A stretch of DNA of 64,000 nt from Lachnospiraceae bacterium (GTDB lineage Bacteria > Bacillota > Clostridia > Lachnospirales > Lachnospiraceae): assembly GCA_029219245.1 (NCBI GenBank), contig JAQXTA010000011.1, forward strand, positions 7,977 through 71,976. The letters run 5' to 3'. The translations under genes were made by a program, and so were the position numbers. Numbering within the stretch: the first letter of the stretch is position 1; each line of letters opens with the position of its first letter. Below the pieces are notes generated by a model. It made no database searches and was not told where the DNA came from. It saw only the letters and a program-made list of their open reading frames with translations. Shown piece by piece: positions 18,638 to 28,919 of this stretch.

Positions 18638-21415
18638 CTATTGTGCCGGCGTCTGTTCAGCAGAGGGCTGCTCGGCAGGTGCCTGTTCTGCCGGGGTCGG
18701 TTGCTCCTGAGGCTGTTGTGCGGTAGCATTTGGATCGGCCGCCTGTGCAGCAGCAGCTTCTGCAGCCGCCTGTGCATTTCGCTGATTAATTTCTGCCTGC
18801 TGTGCGGCAATAACGGCTTCGTAGTCCGGATTTGCAAAAAATTCTGCATTATGCGGACAAATACTTTGTGTCTGTTGTGTTATGGTTACGGAACCATCTT
18901 CATTTACAACTTCCTGTGTAATTGTATTGGTCAAAGTATTTGCAGCATCCGGTGAGCCGCTTTGCAGAGAAATATCTTCCACGAGGGGCAGTTCCAGAAC
19001 ACCTTCTGCTTTAAATGGACATAAGTCAGTAGCAGGGGTAAGGCTGTACTGGCAGTAGATTCCGGAATAATGGATATCACAGGTCTCTGTAGGGACGCTA
19101 CCCTCTGCAAAATATTCGGTTTTCAGTGTCGCATCACATAATCCTGCAATTGGCAGTTTACCGGAGCGGGAACATACGGTAGCTGTTACAATACCGGATG
19201 GTACGCTGAAGGATTGACTCGGTAACTCTTCGTGTATCTTGGACATAACCGTACGCCAGAGTTTCTTGGCGAGATTTTTCTCATCACCCGTTAATTTGAC
19301 ATTGTTATCATAGCCCGCCCAGGTAGTAGCTGTATAGTACGGAGTATAGCCGGCAAACCATACATCGTTATAATCAGAGGTAGTACCGGTTTTACCTGCG
19401 ATTGCCATATTGCCGAAGTTAACAGAACCGCCGGTACCGCTTGTGACAACATCTACCATGGCATCGGTTAAAAGAAAAGCAGTGGTTTCTTTGATAACTT
19501 GCTTGGACTGTGGTACGGTATTGTCCAGAATTACATTGCCATCATGATCCAGAACTTTGGTATATAATTTCGGTTTGATATAGGTTCCGCTGTTGGCAAT
19601 ACATGCATAAGCAGCGTTTAATTCTTCATTGGTAACACCGTTTGTAATACCGCCAAGCGCCAGAGACTGCTGGATATCAGAATATACCTTGCCATTCATT
19701 TCTTTGCGTTCTTCCAGAGTGGTAAAGCCAAAGTTAATCAGATAGTCAAATCCAAGCTGTGGCGTAATTTCTGTCAGCGTTTTAACGGCGATAATGTTCA
19801 TGGAGTCCCGGATACCATCACGCAGTGAGGAAATTCCGCGATATTCTTCTCCATACCAGTTTGCCACCGGACGGCCGCCTTCGTAATTGAAAGGTGCATC
19901 ATTCAATACGGTTGCAAGTGTCAGACCTGCACTGTCCAGAGCAGGTGCATAGGTAGATACAATTTTAAAGGTGGAACCGGGCTGCCTGGTAGTATCCGTA
20001 GCTCTGTTTAGGGTACGGCTTGCGGATTTGGAACCTCGTCCGCCTTCCATTGCTACAATATAACCGGTACTCTGGTCTTCCACCACAAGGGACACCTGTG
20101 GCTGGGGTATCAGGGAGATGGTTTCACTAAATACCTCATCATCTGCTCCCAACACAGCTTCCTTGTAGGCCTCAATGTCTGCATAGGCATCTTCCTGTGT
20201 GGAATATATCAGATTATAACCGCTCTTTATGTCTTTCCAATAGCTTCGGAACATTTCCGTACTGTAGTTTTCCCTGTCACCGTTGCTTTTTACAATTGTT
20301 AATTCATAGTTCAAATACCATCTGGTATTGGCAGGGAAATTACTTTCATCTGCAAAAACTTCATCGCAGATAGCCTGGATTTTCGGATCCTGTGTAGAGT
20401 ATATTTTTAATCCTCCGCTGTATAACAGGGTATATGCCTGTGTTTCATTATAACCGGCGGCTACCAGATCTTCCAATACATCTTCCGTAAGCGCATCTAC
20501 GAAATATGTAGTTACAGAAGAGTCTTCATTTTCAGCATCGGCTATCTGGATACGGGAATATACGTCATCTGCCATGGCATCATCATATTCTTCCTGTGAA
20601 ATATAGCCTTGTTCTTTCATATTTCTAAGAACTTTTTCACGACGTTCTGCATTATCCTCCGGATGGGTAATCGGATTGTATTTGGAAGGGTTTTTGGTGA
20701 TTCCTGCGATGACAGCACATTCCGATAAGGTTAAATCACTTACGGGTTTGTTAAAATAACGCAGGGATGCAGCCTGTACACCAAGAGTATTCTGACCGAG
20801 GTTAATGGTATTCATGTAGTTAATCAGAATATCACTTTTATCCATAACTTTTTCAAGCTCCAAAGCAAGGTATTGCTCCTGGATTTTTCGCTTGAGACGA
20901 TCTGCGAAGGAATCTTCGCTGGTCCAGTCGGTAAAAACATTATTTTTCAAAAGCTGCTGTGTAATCGTACTGGCACCCTCCGAAAAATGAAACTTGTTCT
21001 GGATGCCGACAACAGCGGCACGTATAATACCTTTGATATCAATACCGTTATGGTCATAGAAACGTTCATCTTCAATGGCAACAAAAGCATTTGCCAGATT
21101 CTCCGGTACCATATCCATACTGACCGGAATACGGTTGGAATCGGTGGAAACCAGTTTCTCAATCTGATTTCCTTCTATATCATATACAAAAGTTGAGAAG
21201 CCGGATGGTGTAACATCAATATTACCGATGTCCGGTGCGGTATCAATGATACCTTTAAATACACCGATTCCTGCGCTGGCACCAATTACGGCAACCGAAA
21301 TAAAGAAAATAAGAAATACCTGTATAAAAGTAAAGCCTATCTTCTTGCCAAACTTCACAGATTTAGAATGGAGTGCCTTTTGTTTTTCACGGACACCCTT
21401 TTTTCCATAATTCAT
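18638..21415 (-). CDS. Class A penicillin-binding protein (PBP1A family)
   Basis: EDERFYDHNG, GASTITQQL, RQPGSTFK (SxxK), SMN, KTGT. Confidence 0.95.
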   Translation of the reverse strand: MNYGKKGVREKQKALHSKSVKFGKKIGFTFIQVFLIFFISVAVIGASAGIGVFKGIIDTAPDIGNIDVTPSGFSTFVYDIEGNQIEKLVSTDSNRIPVSMDMVPENLANAFVAIEDERFYDHNGIDIKGIIRAAVVGIQNKFHFSEGASTITQQLLKNNVFTDWTSEDSFADRLKRKIQEQYLALELEKVMDKSDILINYMNTINLGQNTLGVQAASLRYFNKPVSDLTLSECAVIAGITKNPSKYNPITHPEDNAERREKVLRNMKEQGYISQEEYDDAMADDVYSRIQIADAENEDSSVTTYFVDALTEDVLEDLVAAGYNETQAYTLLYSGGLKIYSTQDPKIQAICDEVFADESNFPANTRWYLNYELTIVKSNGDRENYSTEMFRSYWKDIKSGYNLIYSTQEDAYADIEAYKEAVLGADDEVFSETISLIPQPQVSLVVEDQSTGYIVAMEGGRGSKSASRTLNRATDTTRQPGSTFKIVSTYAPALDSAGLTLATVLNDAPFNYEGGRPVANWYGEEYRGISSLRDGIRDSMNIIAVKTLTEITPQLGFDYLINFGFTTLEERKEMNGKVYSDIQQSLALGGITNGVTNEELNAAYACIANSGTYIKPKLYTKVLDHDGNVILDNTVPQSKQVIKETTAFLLTDAMVDVVTSGTGGSVNFGNMAIAGKTGTTSDYNDVWFAGYTPYYTATTWAGYDNNVKLTGDEKNLAKKLWRTVMSKIHEELPSQSFSVPSGIVTATVCSRSGKLPIAGLCDATLKTEYFAEGSVPTETCDIHYSGIYCQYSLTPATDLCPFKAEGVLELPLVEDISLQSGSPDAANTLTNTITQEVVNEDGSVTITQQTQSICPHNAEFFANPDYEAVIAAQQAEINQRNAQAAAEAAAAQAADPNATAQQPQEQPTPAEQAPAEQPSAEQTPAQ

Positions 21416-21632
21416 AAATACTGCCTCCTAAAGCTGCGTATCATGCAGTCATTGAATTCTTTTTTACACTTTATCAAATCATTATACCAAAAGATATCTT
21501 TTAAAGAAAGGATTTTTCTTCCATATTAAGAATTGTTCACAATTCTATACACTTTTATTCTTTCTTGTGCTAATATAAAGACTGGGCAGAGCCTTGGAGG
21601 AAAGAACCGGACAAAGAACAGGAAGCAGGATT

Positions 21633-22274
21633 ATGCAATTGGAAAGTAAAAAGGAACCATACAAAATAATCGAGCAGGGTGGCATGGGAGAAATTGAAGA
21701 GAAAAAATCCCGCTTTATTGCCAATGTCAGTCCGGTCCATACCGAAGAAGAGGCACTTGCTTTTGTGGAAGCCATGAAAAAGAAATATTGGGATGCCAGG
21801 CATAATTGTTATGCTTACGTTCTGGGAGAAAAGGCACAGCTTATGCGCTTTTCCGATGACGGAGAACCCTCCGGTACAGCTGGAAAGCCGATTCTGGAAG
21901 TGATGCTCGGCCTGGAGGTACGCAATGTTGCAGTGGTTGTTACCCGGTACTTTGGCGGTACTCTGCTTGGTACAGGAGGGTTGGTAAGAGCCTATACGCA
22001 GGCAGCACAGGCGGGCATGGAGGCATCGGTTATCCGTACCATGCGTTACGGGGTGCTTCTGCAGATTACGACGGATTATAATGGTATCGGCAGGATACAA
22101 TATTTATTGGGACAGCGGAAGATTTCGATTGAGCAACCGGAATATACGGATGTGGTTTCCCTGAAGATAAAGCTGCCTGTGGAGGAGGAAGAGGCAGTCC
22201 GCAAGGAAATAACAGAAGCTACGGCTGGAAAAGCAAAGATAGAAAAGATAGAGAATCTGTATTACATGGAATAG
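21633..22274 (+). CDS. yigZ: IMPACT/YigZ family protein
   Basis: KKSRFIA, ARHNCYAY, SDDGEPSGTAGKP, VTRYFGGTLLGTGGLVRAY. Confidence 0.92.
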   Translation: MQLESKKEPYKIIEQGGMGEIEEKKSRFIANVSPVHTEEEALAFVEAMKKKYWDARHNCYAYVLGEKAQLMRFSDDGEPSGTAGKPILEVMLGLEVRNVAVVVTRYFGGTLLGTGGLVRAYTQAAQAGMEASVIRTMRYGVLLQITTDYNGIGRIQYLLGQRKISIEQPEYTDVVSLKIKLPVEEEEAVRKEITEATAGKAKIEKIENLYYME

Positions 22275-22295
22275 ACAGGCAATGGGAGGATCATT

Positions 22296-23627
22296 ATGGA
22301 TGAAATTTTGGAATTGTTAAATACAGGACAGTATACGAAACTTCGCCAGATCATCGTAGATTATAACGTAGCGGATATTGCGGCATTTATGGAAGAAATG
22401 GAGAAAGAAGAGCTTCTGAAGCTTTTCCGTATCCTGCCCAAAAATATGGCGGCGGATGTTTTTTCCTATCTGGAACTGGAAACAGAGCAGTATATTATTA
22501 CTTCCCTGTCTGACCGGGATGCAGCAAATATTATCAATAATCTGATGGCGGATGATGCCACAGACTTATTGGAGGAAATGCCCGCCAATGTGGTAAAAAG
22601 GCTGCTTGCGAATGCCAGTCCGGAGACAAGACGTGATATTAACCACCTGCTCCGCTATCCGGAGGATTCTGCCGGAAGCATTATGACAGTGGAATATGTA
22701 GATTTAAAAGAAACACTGACGGTAGAAGAGGCCATTGCCCGGATTCGTAAAGTGGGAGTGGACAGCGAAACCATTAACGTATGTTATGTCTTAGACCAAA
22801 GAAGAACGCTGGTAGGTACGGTAGCATTGCGTTATCTGCTGCTTAGTCCGCCGGATGCGATTATTGGGGAGATTATGCACGAGAACATTATTTCCCTGCA
22901 TACGCTGATGGATCAGGAAGAAGTTGCCAGACAGTTTAAAAAATACGACTTTACTTCCATGCCGGTTGTTGACAATGAAGACCGTCTTGTCGGTATCATT
23001 ACCATCGATGACGTTGTGGATATTCTGGAAGAAGAGGTAACGGAAGATATTGAGAAGATGGCAGCGATTATGCCATCGGATAAGCCATATATGAAAACAT
23101 CGGTTATTGATGCATGGAAGAAACGTATTCCATGGTTGCTATTGTTGATGATATCGGCAACCTTCACCGGAAGTATTATTGCCTCCTTTGAAAATGCATT
23201 GAGCCGTTATGTGGTGTTGACAGCATTTATTCCTATGTTAATGGATACCGGTGGTAATGCCGGTGGACAGTCCAGTGCGATTATCATTCGTGGACTTTCT
23301 CTGGATGAAATTTCTTTTCGGGACTGGCCGGTGGTTGTCTGGAAGGAAATCCGGACAGCAGTGCTGTGTGGCCTGACACTGGCGATGTGCAGTTTTGCAA
23401 AAATCCTATTGGTAGAGAGAGTCAGCGTAACGGTGGCACTGGTCGTCTGCACGACTTTGTTCCTTGCGGTTATCGTAGCGAAAATCGTAGGTTCTACGCT
23501 TCCGATGGTTGCCAAGAAAATAGGAATGGACCCGGCCGTTATGGCGAGTCCATTCATTACCACGATTGTGGATGCTATTTCGCTTTTAATTTACTTCCGT
23601 ATTGCAACGCTGGCATTAGGAATATAA
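22296..23627 (+). CDS. mgtE: Magnesium transporter MgtE
   Basis: N-domain, CBS pair, RIPWLLLL, GGNAGGQ, DPAVMASPFITTIVD. Confidence 0.95.
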   Translation: MDEILELLNTGQYTKLRQIIVDYNVADIAAFMEEMEKEELLKLFRILPKNMAADVFSYLELETEQYIITSLSDRDAANIINNLMADDATDLLEEMPANVVKRLLANASPETRRDINHLLRYPEDSAGSIMTVEYVDLKETLTVEEAIARIRKVGVDSETINVCYVLDQRRTLVGTVALRYLLLSPPDAIIGEIMHENIISLHTLMDQEEVARQFKKYDFTSMPVVDNEDRLVGIITIDDVVDILEEEVTEDIEKMAAIMPSDKPYMKTSVIDAWKKRIPWLLLLMISATFTGSIIASFENALSRYVVLTAFIPMLMDTGGNAGGQSSAIIIRGLSLDEISFRDWPVVVWKEIRTAVLCGLTLAMCSFAKILLVERVSVTVALVVCTTLFLAVIVAKIVGSTLPMVAKKIGMDPAVMASPFITTIVDAISLLIYFRIATLALGI

Positions 23628-23629
23628 TT

Positions 23630-25474
23630 TTATTTTGCTTTTGCTGCAGCGGAGATGGCGGCACGTTTCCGCAAAGTAGGGTCCAGAATCTTTTTACGGA
23701 TACGAAGATTTGTCGGAGTAACCTCCAAAAGTTCATCCGTATCAATAAATTCCAATGCCTGTTCTAAGCTTAATACCTTAGGTGGTGTAAGTCGAAGTGC
23801 TTCATCTGCGCTGGAGGAACGGGTATTGGTAAGCTGTTTTTTCTTGCAGACATTCAGTTCAATATCTTCTCCACGACCGTTCTGTCCGACAATCATACCA
23901 GAATATACTTTTGTACCCGGCCCGATGAAGAGTGTGCCGCGTTCCTGGGCATTATAGAGTCCATAGGTAATAGCTTCTCCGGCTTCAAAAGCAATTAAAG
24001 AACCTTGTTTCCGGTACTGGATATCACCCTTGTATGGACCGTAACCGTCAAAAATACTGTTCATGATACCATTCCCTTTGGTATCGGTCATAAATTCGTT
24101 CCGATAGCCGATAAGCCCCCTGGATGGAATTGAGAATTCCAGACGGGTATAGCCTCCGGAAGCCTGCCCCATATTTTTCAGCTCGCCTTTTCGCTGGCTT
24201 AATTTTTCAATAACCGTACCGGCAAATTCTTCCGGCACATCCACATAGGTAAGTTCCATCGGCTCCGTTTTCTTGCCGTTTTCATCGGTTTTGTATAATA
24301 CTTCGGCTTTGCTGACAGCAAATTCATAGCCTTCCCTGCGCATATTTTCAATTAAGACGGAAAGATGCAGCTCGCCGCGCCCCGATACCTTGAATGCCTC
24401 TGTGGTTTCGGTTTCTTCCACACGCAGGGATACATCCGTATTCAGTTCGCGGAATAAGCGGTCACGTAGATGCCGGCTGGTTACATATTTACCTTCCTGT
24501 CCGGCAAGCGGCGAATCATTGACAATAAAGTGCATGGCAATGGTAGGCTCCGAAATCTTTTGGAAAGGAATCGGATTAGGTGCCTCCACAGAGCAGAGCG
24601 TATCACCGATATGAATATCGGCAATACCGGAAATTGCTACGATAGAACCAATGCCGGCCTCTTTGACTTCGACTTTATTTAAACCGTCGTACTCATATAA
24701 TTTGCTGACCTTTACTTTTTTCATTTTATCCGGTTCGTGATGATTGACAATGACAACCTCCTGATTGACTTTGATGGTGCCATTGTCTACTTTGCCGACA
24801 CCGATACGGCCGACATATTCATTATAATCAATGGTACTGATAAGTACCTGTGTACCTGCTTCCGGGTCACCAGTAGGAGCAGGAATGTGCTCTAAAATGG
24901 TATCGAACAGAGGAGTCATATCTTTGCCTTTTACGGTAAGTTGTGTGGTAGCGGTACCGGCTTTGGCAGAGGCATAGACGAATGGACAGTCTAACTGTTC
25001 GTCATTGGCATCCAAATCCATAAACAATTCCAGCACATCGTCTACGACTTGAATCGGTCTTGCTTCCGGACGGTCACACTTGTTGATACATACGATAACG
25101 GACAAATCCAGTTCCAGTGCTTTTTTCAGAACGAATTTGGTTTGTGGCATCGGTCCTTCAAAGGCATCAACTACCAGGATAACACCATCGACCATTTTTA
25201 AGACACGTTCCACTTCACCACCGAAATCAGCATGTCCGGGAGTATCAATAATATTGATTTTTACACCTTTATACATAACAGCGGTATTCTTGGACAAAAT
25301 GGTGATACCACGTTCCTTTTCGATATCGTTGGAGTCCATGACACGTTCCGCTACTTCCTGATTTTCACGAAATACACCGCTTTGCTTTAACAGCTCGTCT
25401 ACCAGGGTTGTTTTTCCATGATCTACATGGGCAATAATCGCAATGTTTCTGACATCTTCTCTTGTCTGCTTCAT
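23630..25474 (-). CDS. typA: Translational GTPase TypA/BipA
   Basis: [38 protein letters not shown]. Confidence 0.97.
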   Translation of the reverse strand: MKQTREDVRNIAIIAHVDHGKTTLVDELLKQSGVFRENQEVAERVMDSNDIEKERGITILSKNTAVMYKGVKINIIDTPGHADFGGEVERVLKMVDGVILVVDAFEGPMPQTKFVLKKALELDLSVIVCINKCDRPEARPIQVVDDVLELFMDLDANDEQLDCPFVYASAKAGTATTQLTVKGKDMTPLFDTILEHIPAPTGDPEAGTQVLISTIDYNEYVGRIGVGKVDNGTIKVNQEVVIVNHHEPDKMKKVKVSKLYEYDGLNKVEVKEAGIGSIVAISGIADIHIGDTLCSVEAPNPIPFQKISEPTIAMHFIVNDSPLAGQEGKYVTSRHLRDRLFRELNTDVSLRVEETETTEAFKVSGRGELHLSVLIENMRREGYEFAVSKAEVLYKTDENGKKTEPMELTYVDVPEEFAGTVIEKLSQRKGELKNMGQASGGYTRLEFSIPSRGLIGYRNEFMTDTKGNGIMNSIFDGYGPYKGDIQYRKQGSLIAFEAGEAITYGLYNAQERGTLFIGPGTKVYSGMIVGQNGRGEDIELNVCKKKQLTNTRSSSADEALRLTPPKVLSLEQALEFIDTDELLEVTPTNLRIRKKILDPTLRKRAAISAAAKAK

Positions 25475-25583
25475 ATAATCTGTTACACCAAACCTTTCAA
25501 AATGGAAACTTGTTTTTCAAACGCACTAAGTATAGCACCACAAAGAAGATGTTGCAAGTATCTGTGCCACGCGACCGTTAACA

Positions 25584-25612
25584 GTTCTAATTCGGAAAAC
25601 ATGACATATATT
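25584..25612 (+). promoter_or_regulatory. Possible sigma-E-type promoter for the two-OB-fold ssb
   Basis: GTTCTAA-14 nt-CATATATT resembles the mother-cell SigE consensus. Confidence 0.4.
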
Positions 25613-25709
25613 GGTAATACAATAAGCGTGCAGCAGAAGGAAAACACCTGCTGAAACGTAAAAAATTCTTAAAGAGTAAGTTTCTTTAAATAAGAAGGGA
25701 GAACAAAAC

Positions 25710-26348
25710 ATGACAGATAAGGTAATTGAAAACAACCAGGTGACTATAATGGGTGAGGTGGTCAGTAATTTTGAATATAGTCACGAAATTTTCGGAGAAG
25801 GCTTCTATATGGTAGACATCAGCGTGGAACGTCTGAGCGATTCTACGGATATCATCCCTGTTATGGTGTCGGAAAGGTTGTTGGATGTCAACGAAGATTA
25901 CAAGGGAATGAAAATCAGTATTACGGGACAGTTTCGTTCCTACAACAGACATGAGGAAAAGAAGAATCGCTTAGTTCTTTCCGTATTTGCGAGAGAAATC
26001 GAATTTGTGGATGAGATTGAAGAAAGTGTAAAAACCAATCAGATTTTTCTGGATGGTTATATTTGCAAAGCACCGATTTACCGTAAAACACCGCTTGGCA
26101 GAGAAATTGCGGATTTGCTTTTAGCAGTCAACAGACCTTATGGAAAATCGGATTACATACCATGCATCTGCTGGGGGAGAAATGCCAGATTTGCCAGTAC
26201 TTTTGAAGTCGGAAGCAGGTGTGCAATCTGGGGAAGAATCCAGAGCAGGGAATACATGAAAAAGATTGCAGAAGACCAGCTGGAACGCAGAACTGCCTAT
26301 GAAGTATCCGTTAGCAAGCTGGAAATCGTAGAAGAGGAAGCAAACTAA
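25710..26348 (+). CDS. Single-stranded DNA-binding protein with two OB folds
   Basis: ENNQVTIMGEV... and NQIFLDGYICKAPIYRKTPLGREIADLLLAVNR..KSDYIPCICWGRNA. Confidence 0.88.
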   Translation: MTDKVIENNQVTIMGEVVSNFEYSHEIFGEGFYMVDISVERLSDSTDIIPVMVSERLLDVNEDYKGMKISITGQFRSYNRHEEKKNRLVLSVFAREIEFVDEIEESVKTNQIFLDGYICKAPIYRKTPLGREIADLLLAVNRPYGKSDYIPCICWGRNARFASTFEVGSRCAIWGRIQSREYMKKIAEDQLERRTAYEVSVSKLEIVEEEAN

Positions 26349-26420
26349 AAAGTTGCGTTTCGCCGGTATATGTGCTATGATAAGCATCAGATTTCAAAAT
26401 GCTGAAATATGAGGTGCAAA

Positions 26421-26918
26421 ATGGAAAAAGGCATGATTTATATCTATAGCGGAGAAGGACATGGAAAATCTCCTGCAGCACTCGGTAGAGCGGTACAGAC
26501 TGCCTGTAGAGGAAAGAATGTGGTCATTATCCAGTTTTTAAAAGGAAAAGGTCTGGAAGAGTCGGAATTTGTGAAACGACTGGAACCTGAGATTAAAATA
26601 TTCCGGTTTGAAAAGTCGGATGAAGATTTTATCAGTCTTTCGGAAGATCGCAAGATGGAAGAAATCTGTAACATTAGGAATGGATTGAATTTTGCCAAGA
26701 AGGTTATGAACACCGGTGAGTGTAGTCTGCTGATTCTGGACGAAGTGCTCGGACTCATAGACAATGATATTATTTCGGTAGAGGAACTGAAAAATCTGAT
26801 GGCATGTAAACCCGATGATATGGATATCATTATGACAGGTATCACACTGAATGATGAAGTCTGTATGATAGCCGATGAAGTAAATAAAGTAGAAACCATG
26901 CGTTTTAAGAAATGGTAA
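26421..26918 (+). CDS. Cob(I)yrinic acid a,c-diamide adenosyltransferase (CobO/BtuR-like)
   Basis: IYSGEGHGKSPAALG, IIQFLKG, LLILDE. Confidence 0.8.
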   Translation: MEKGMIYIYSGEGHGKSPAALGRAVQTACRGKNVVIIQFLKGKGLEESEFVKRLEPEIKIFRFEKSDEDFISLSEDRKMEEICNIRNGLNFAKKVMNTGECSLLILDEVLGLIDNDIISVEELKNLMACKPDDMDIIMTGITLNDEVCMIADEVNKVETMRFKKW

Positions 26919-26994
26919 AAGAAAAAGTAAAAGAAATAGCACTATGCGTTGACAGATAAAAACCATAGTGCTATGATTAGTTAATAAATTAAGT

Positions 26995-27160
26995 TGATAG
27001 AGGTTGCGTTTTTTATGAGTACGAATGTGGATGCGGCAGGCGCAGAAGAAACGTTCCGAAAGGAAAAAACGCCGAAAGAAAGAATAACCTGTTTGTTTTT
27101 TCTTGGGCATGCAGTTAAGAGCTGTATGACTGTCATCGAATCAGATGGGGCGCTATCTAA
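26995..27160 (+). ncRNA. Lysine riboswitch (L-box)
   Basis: GATAGAGGTTGCG...ATGAGTA...GAAAGG...CGCCGAA...TGGGC...ACTGTCA...GGGCGCTATC directly upstream of dapA. Confidence 0.9.
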
Positions 27161-27176
27161 AGAATGAGAAAGGTAA

Positions 27177-27209
27177 AGCTGGCCCTGTATTTATGGTCAG
27201 TTTTTTTTA
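27177..27209 (+). terminator. Riboswitch expression-platform terminator
   Basis: agctggcc-ctgtatttat-ggtcagtt followed by a T-run. Confidence 0.6.
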
Positions 27210-27256
27210 TGTATTGGAAAAGTGCTCAGAACGAAACAGATTAGGAGGAAAAAAGT

Positions 27257-28141
27257 ATGGCAATTTTTGAAGGCGCAGGTGTAGCCATTGTAACACCATT
27301 TCATCAGGACGGAAGAGTGAATTATGAGAAATTCGCTCAGTTGGTGGAAGAACAGATTGCGAATGGAACCGATGCGATTATCGTATGCGGTACAACAGGG
27401 GAGGCATCAACGCTGACACATGAGGAACATTTGTCTGTTATCAAATTCTGTGTGGAAACCGTAAAAGGAAGAATTCCGGTTATTGCAGGAACCGGCTCTA
27501 ACTGCACAGAAACAGCAGTTTACCTTTCCACTGAAGCAGAAAAATATGGGGTTGACGGTTTGCTGTTAGTAACACCTTATTACAACAAAGCAACCCAGAA
27601 CGGTTTATACAATCATTTCAAAAAAGTGGCTGACAGCGTAAAACTTCCTATTATTCTTTATAATGTACCCGGAAGAACGGGCTGTAACATTTTGCCGCAG
27701 ACAGCCGTCAGACTTTGCTCGGATGTTTCTAATATTGTAGCGATTAAAGAAGCAAGTGGAAATATATCTCAGGTAGCGAAACTGGCAGCTCTTGCACAGG
27801 GGAAAATTGATATTTATTCCGGAAATGATGACCAGATTGTGCCAATTCTTTCTCTCGGTGGTAAAGGTGTTATTTCGGTACTTTCCAACGTGGCACCAAG
27901 ACAGACCCATGAGATTTGTGCAAAATTCTTTGCAGGCGATGTAGAAGGCAGCTGCAAAGAGCAGCTTCGTGCCTTGGAGCTTTGCGATGCATTGTTCTGT
28001 GAAGTGAATCCGATTCCGGTTAAAGCAGCTTTGAATTTAATGGGCAAAGAAGCAGGTCCTATGAGAATGCCGCTTAGCGAGATGGAGGATGCCAATGTGG
28101 AAAAACTCCGTACCGCTATGAAAAATTATGGTATTTTATAA
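27257..28141 (+). CDS. dapA: 4-hydroxy-tetrahydrodipicolinate synthase
   Basis: GTTGE, TPYYNK, YNVPGRT, IKEASG. Confidence 0.96.
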   Translation: MAIFEGAGVAIVTPFHQDGRVNYEKFAQLVEEQIANGTDAIIVCGTTGEASTLTHEEHLSVIKFCVETVKGRIPVIAGTGSNCTETAVYLSTEAEKYGVDGLLLVTPYYNKATQNGLYNHFKKVADSVKLPIILYNVPGRTGCNILPQTAVRLCSDVSNIVAIKEASGNISQVAKLAALAQGKIDIYSGNDDQIVPILSLGGKGVISVLSNVAPRQTHEICAKFFAGDVEGSCKEQLRALELCDALFCEVNPIPVKAALNLMGKEAGPMRMPLSEMEDANVEKLRTAMKNYGIL

Positions 28142-28152
28142 TGGAGGGAAAA

Positions 28153-28908
28153 ATGGTAAAAGTAATTATGCATGGATGCAACGGTAAAATGGGACAGATG
28201 ATTACCGGATTGATTGCACCCGATGAAGAAATAGAGATTGTTGCAGGTATCGATGCTTTCGATGACGGACATAACAGCTATCCGGTTTTTTCAAGTATTG
28301 ATAAATGTGATGTGGAAGCAGATGCTGTTATTGATTTCAGTGTGGCAGCGGCAGCAGACGGATTGTTGGATTATTGTGTCGAGAAGAAGGTACCTTGTGT
28401 ACTTTGTACAACAGGCCTTTCCGGAGAGCAGCTTGCTAAGGTACAGGAAGCTTCAAAGAAAGTGGCAATTCTCAAATCTGCCAATATGTCGCTTGGTATC
28501 AATATGCTTCTGAAATTGTTGAAAGAGGCGACTGCAACACTGGCACCGGCAGGCTTTGATATCGAAATTGTAGAGAAACACCATAATCAGAAAGTAGATG
28601 CTCCAAGTGGTACGGCACTGGCATTGGCAGACTCTATCAATGAAGAATTGAACAACGAATACGAGTATGTTTATGACAGAAGTAAAGTCAGAGAGAAGAG
28701 AACCCAGAAAGAAATCGGTATCAGTGCTGTCAGAGGCGGTACGATTGTGGGAGACCATGATGTCATTTTTGCCGGAGCGGATGAAGTGATTACTTTTTCC
28801 CATAGAGCTTATTCCAAAGCGGTATTTGGCAAGGGAGCCATTCAGGCAGCAAAATTTTTAGCCGGTAAACCGGCAGGTATGTACGATATGAGTGATGTTA
28901 TCGGGTAG
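28153..28908 (+). CDS. dapB: 4-hydroxy-tetrahydrodipicolinate reductase
   Basis: GCNGKMG, EKHHNQKVDAPSGTA. Confidence 0.96.
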   Translation: MVKVIMHGCNGKMGQMITGLIAPDEEIEIVAGIDAFDDGHNSYPVFSSIDKCDVEADAVIDFSVAAAADGLLDYCVEKKVPCVLCTTGLSGEQLAKVQEASKKVAILKSANMSLGINMLLKLLKEATATLAPAGFDIEIVEKHHNQKVDAPSGTALALADSINEELNNEYEYVYDRSKVREKRTQKEIGISAVRGGTIVGDHDVIFAGADEVITFSHRAYSKAVFGKGAIQAAKFLAGKPAGMYDMSDVIG

Positions 28909-28919
28909 AAAGGACTGGC

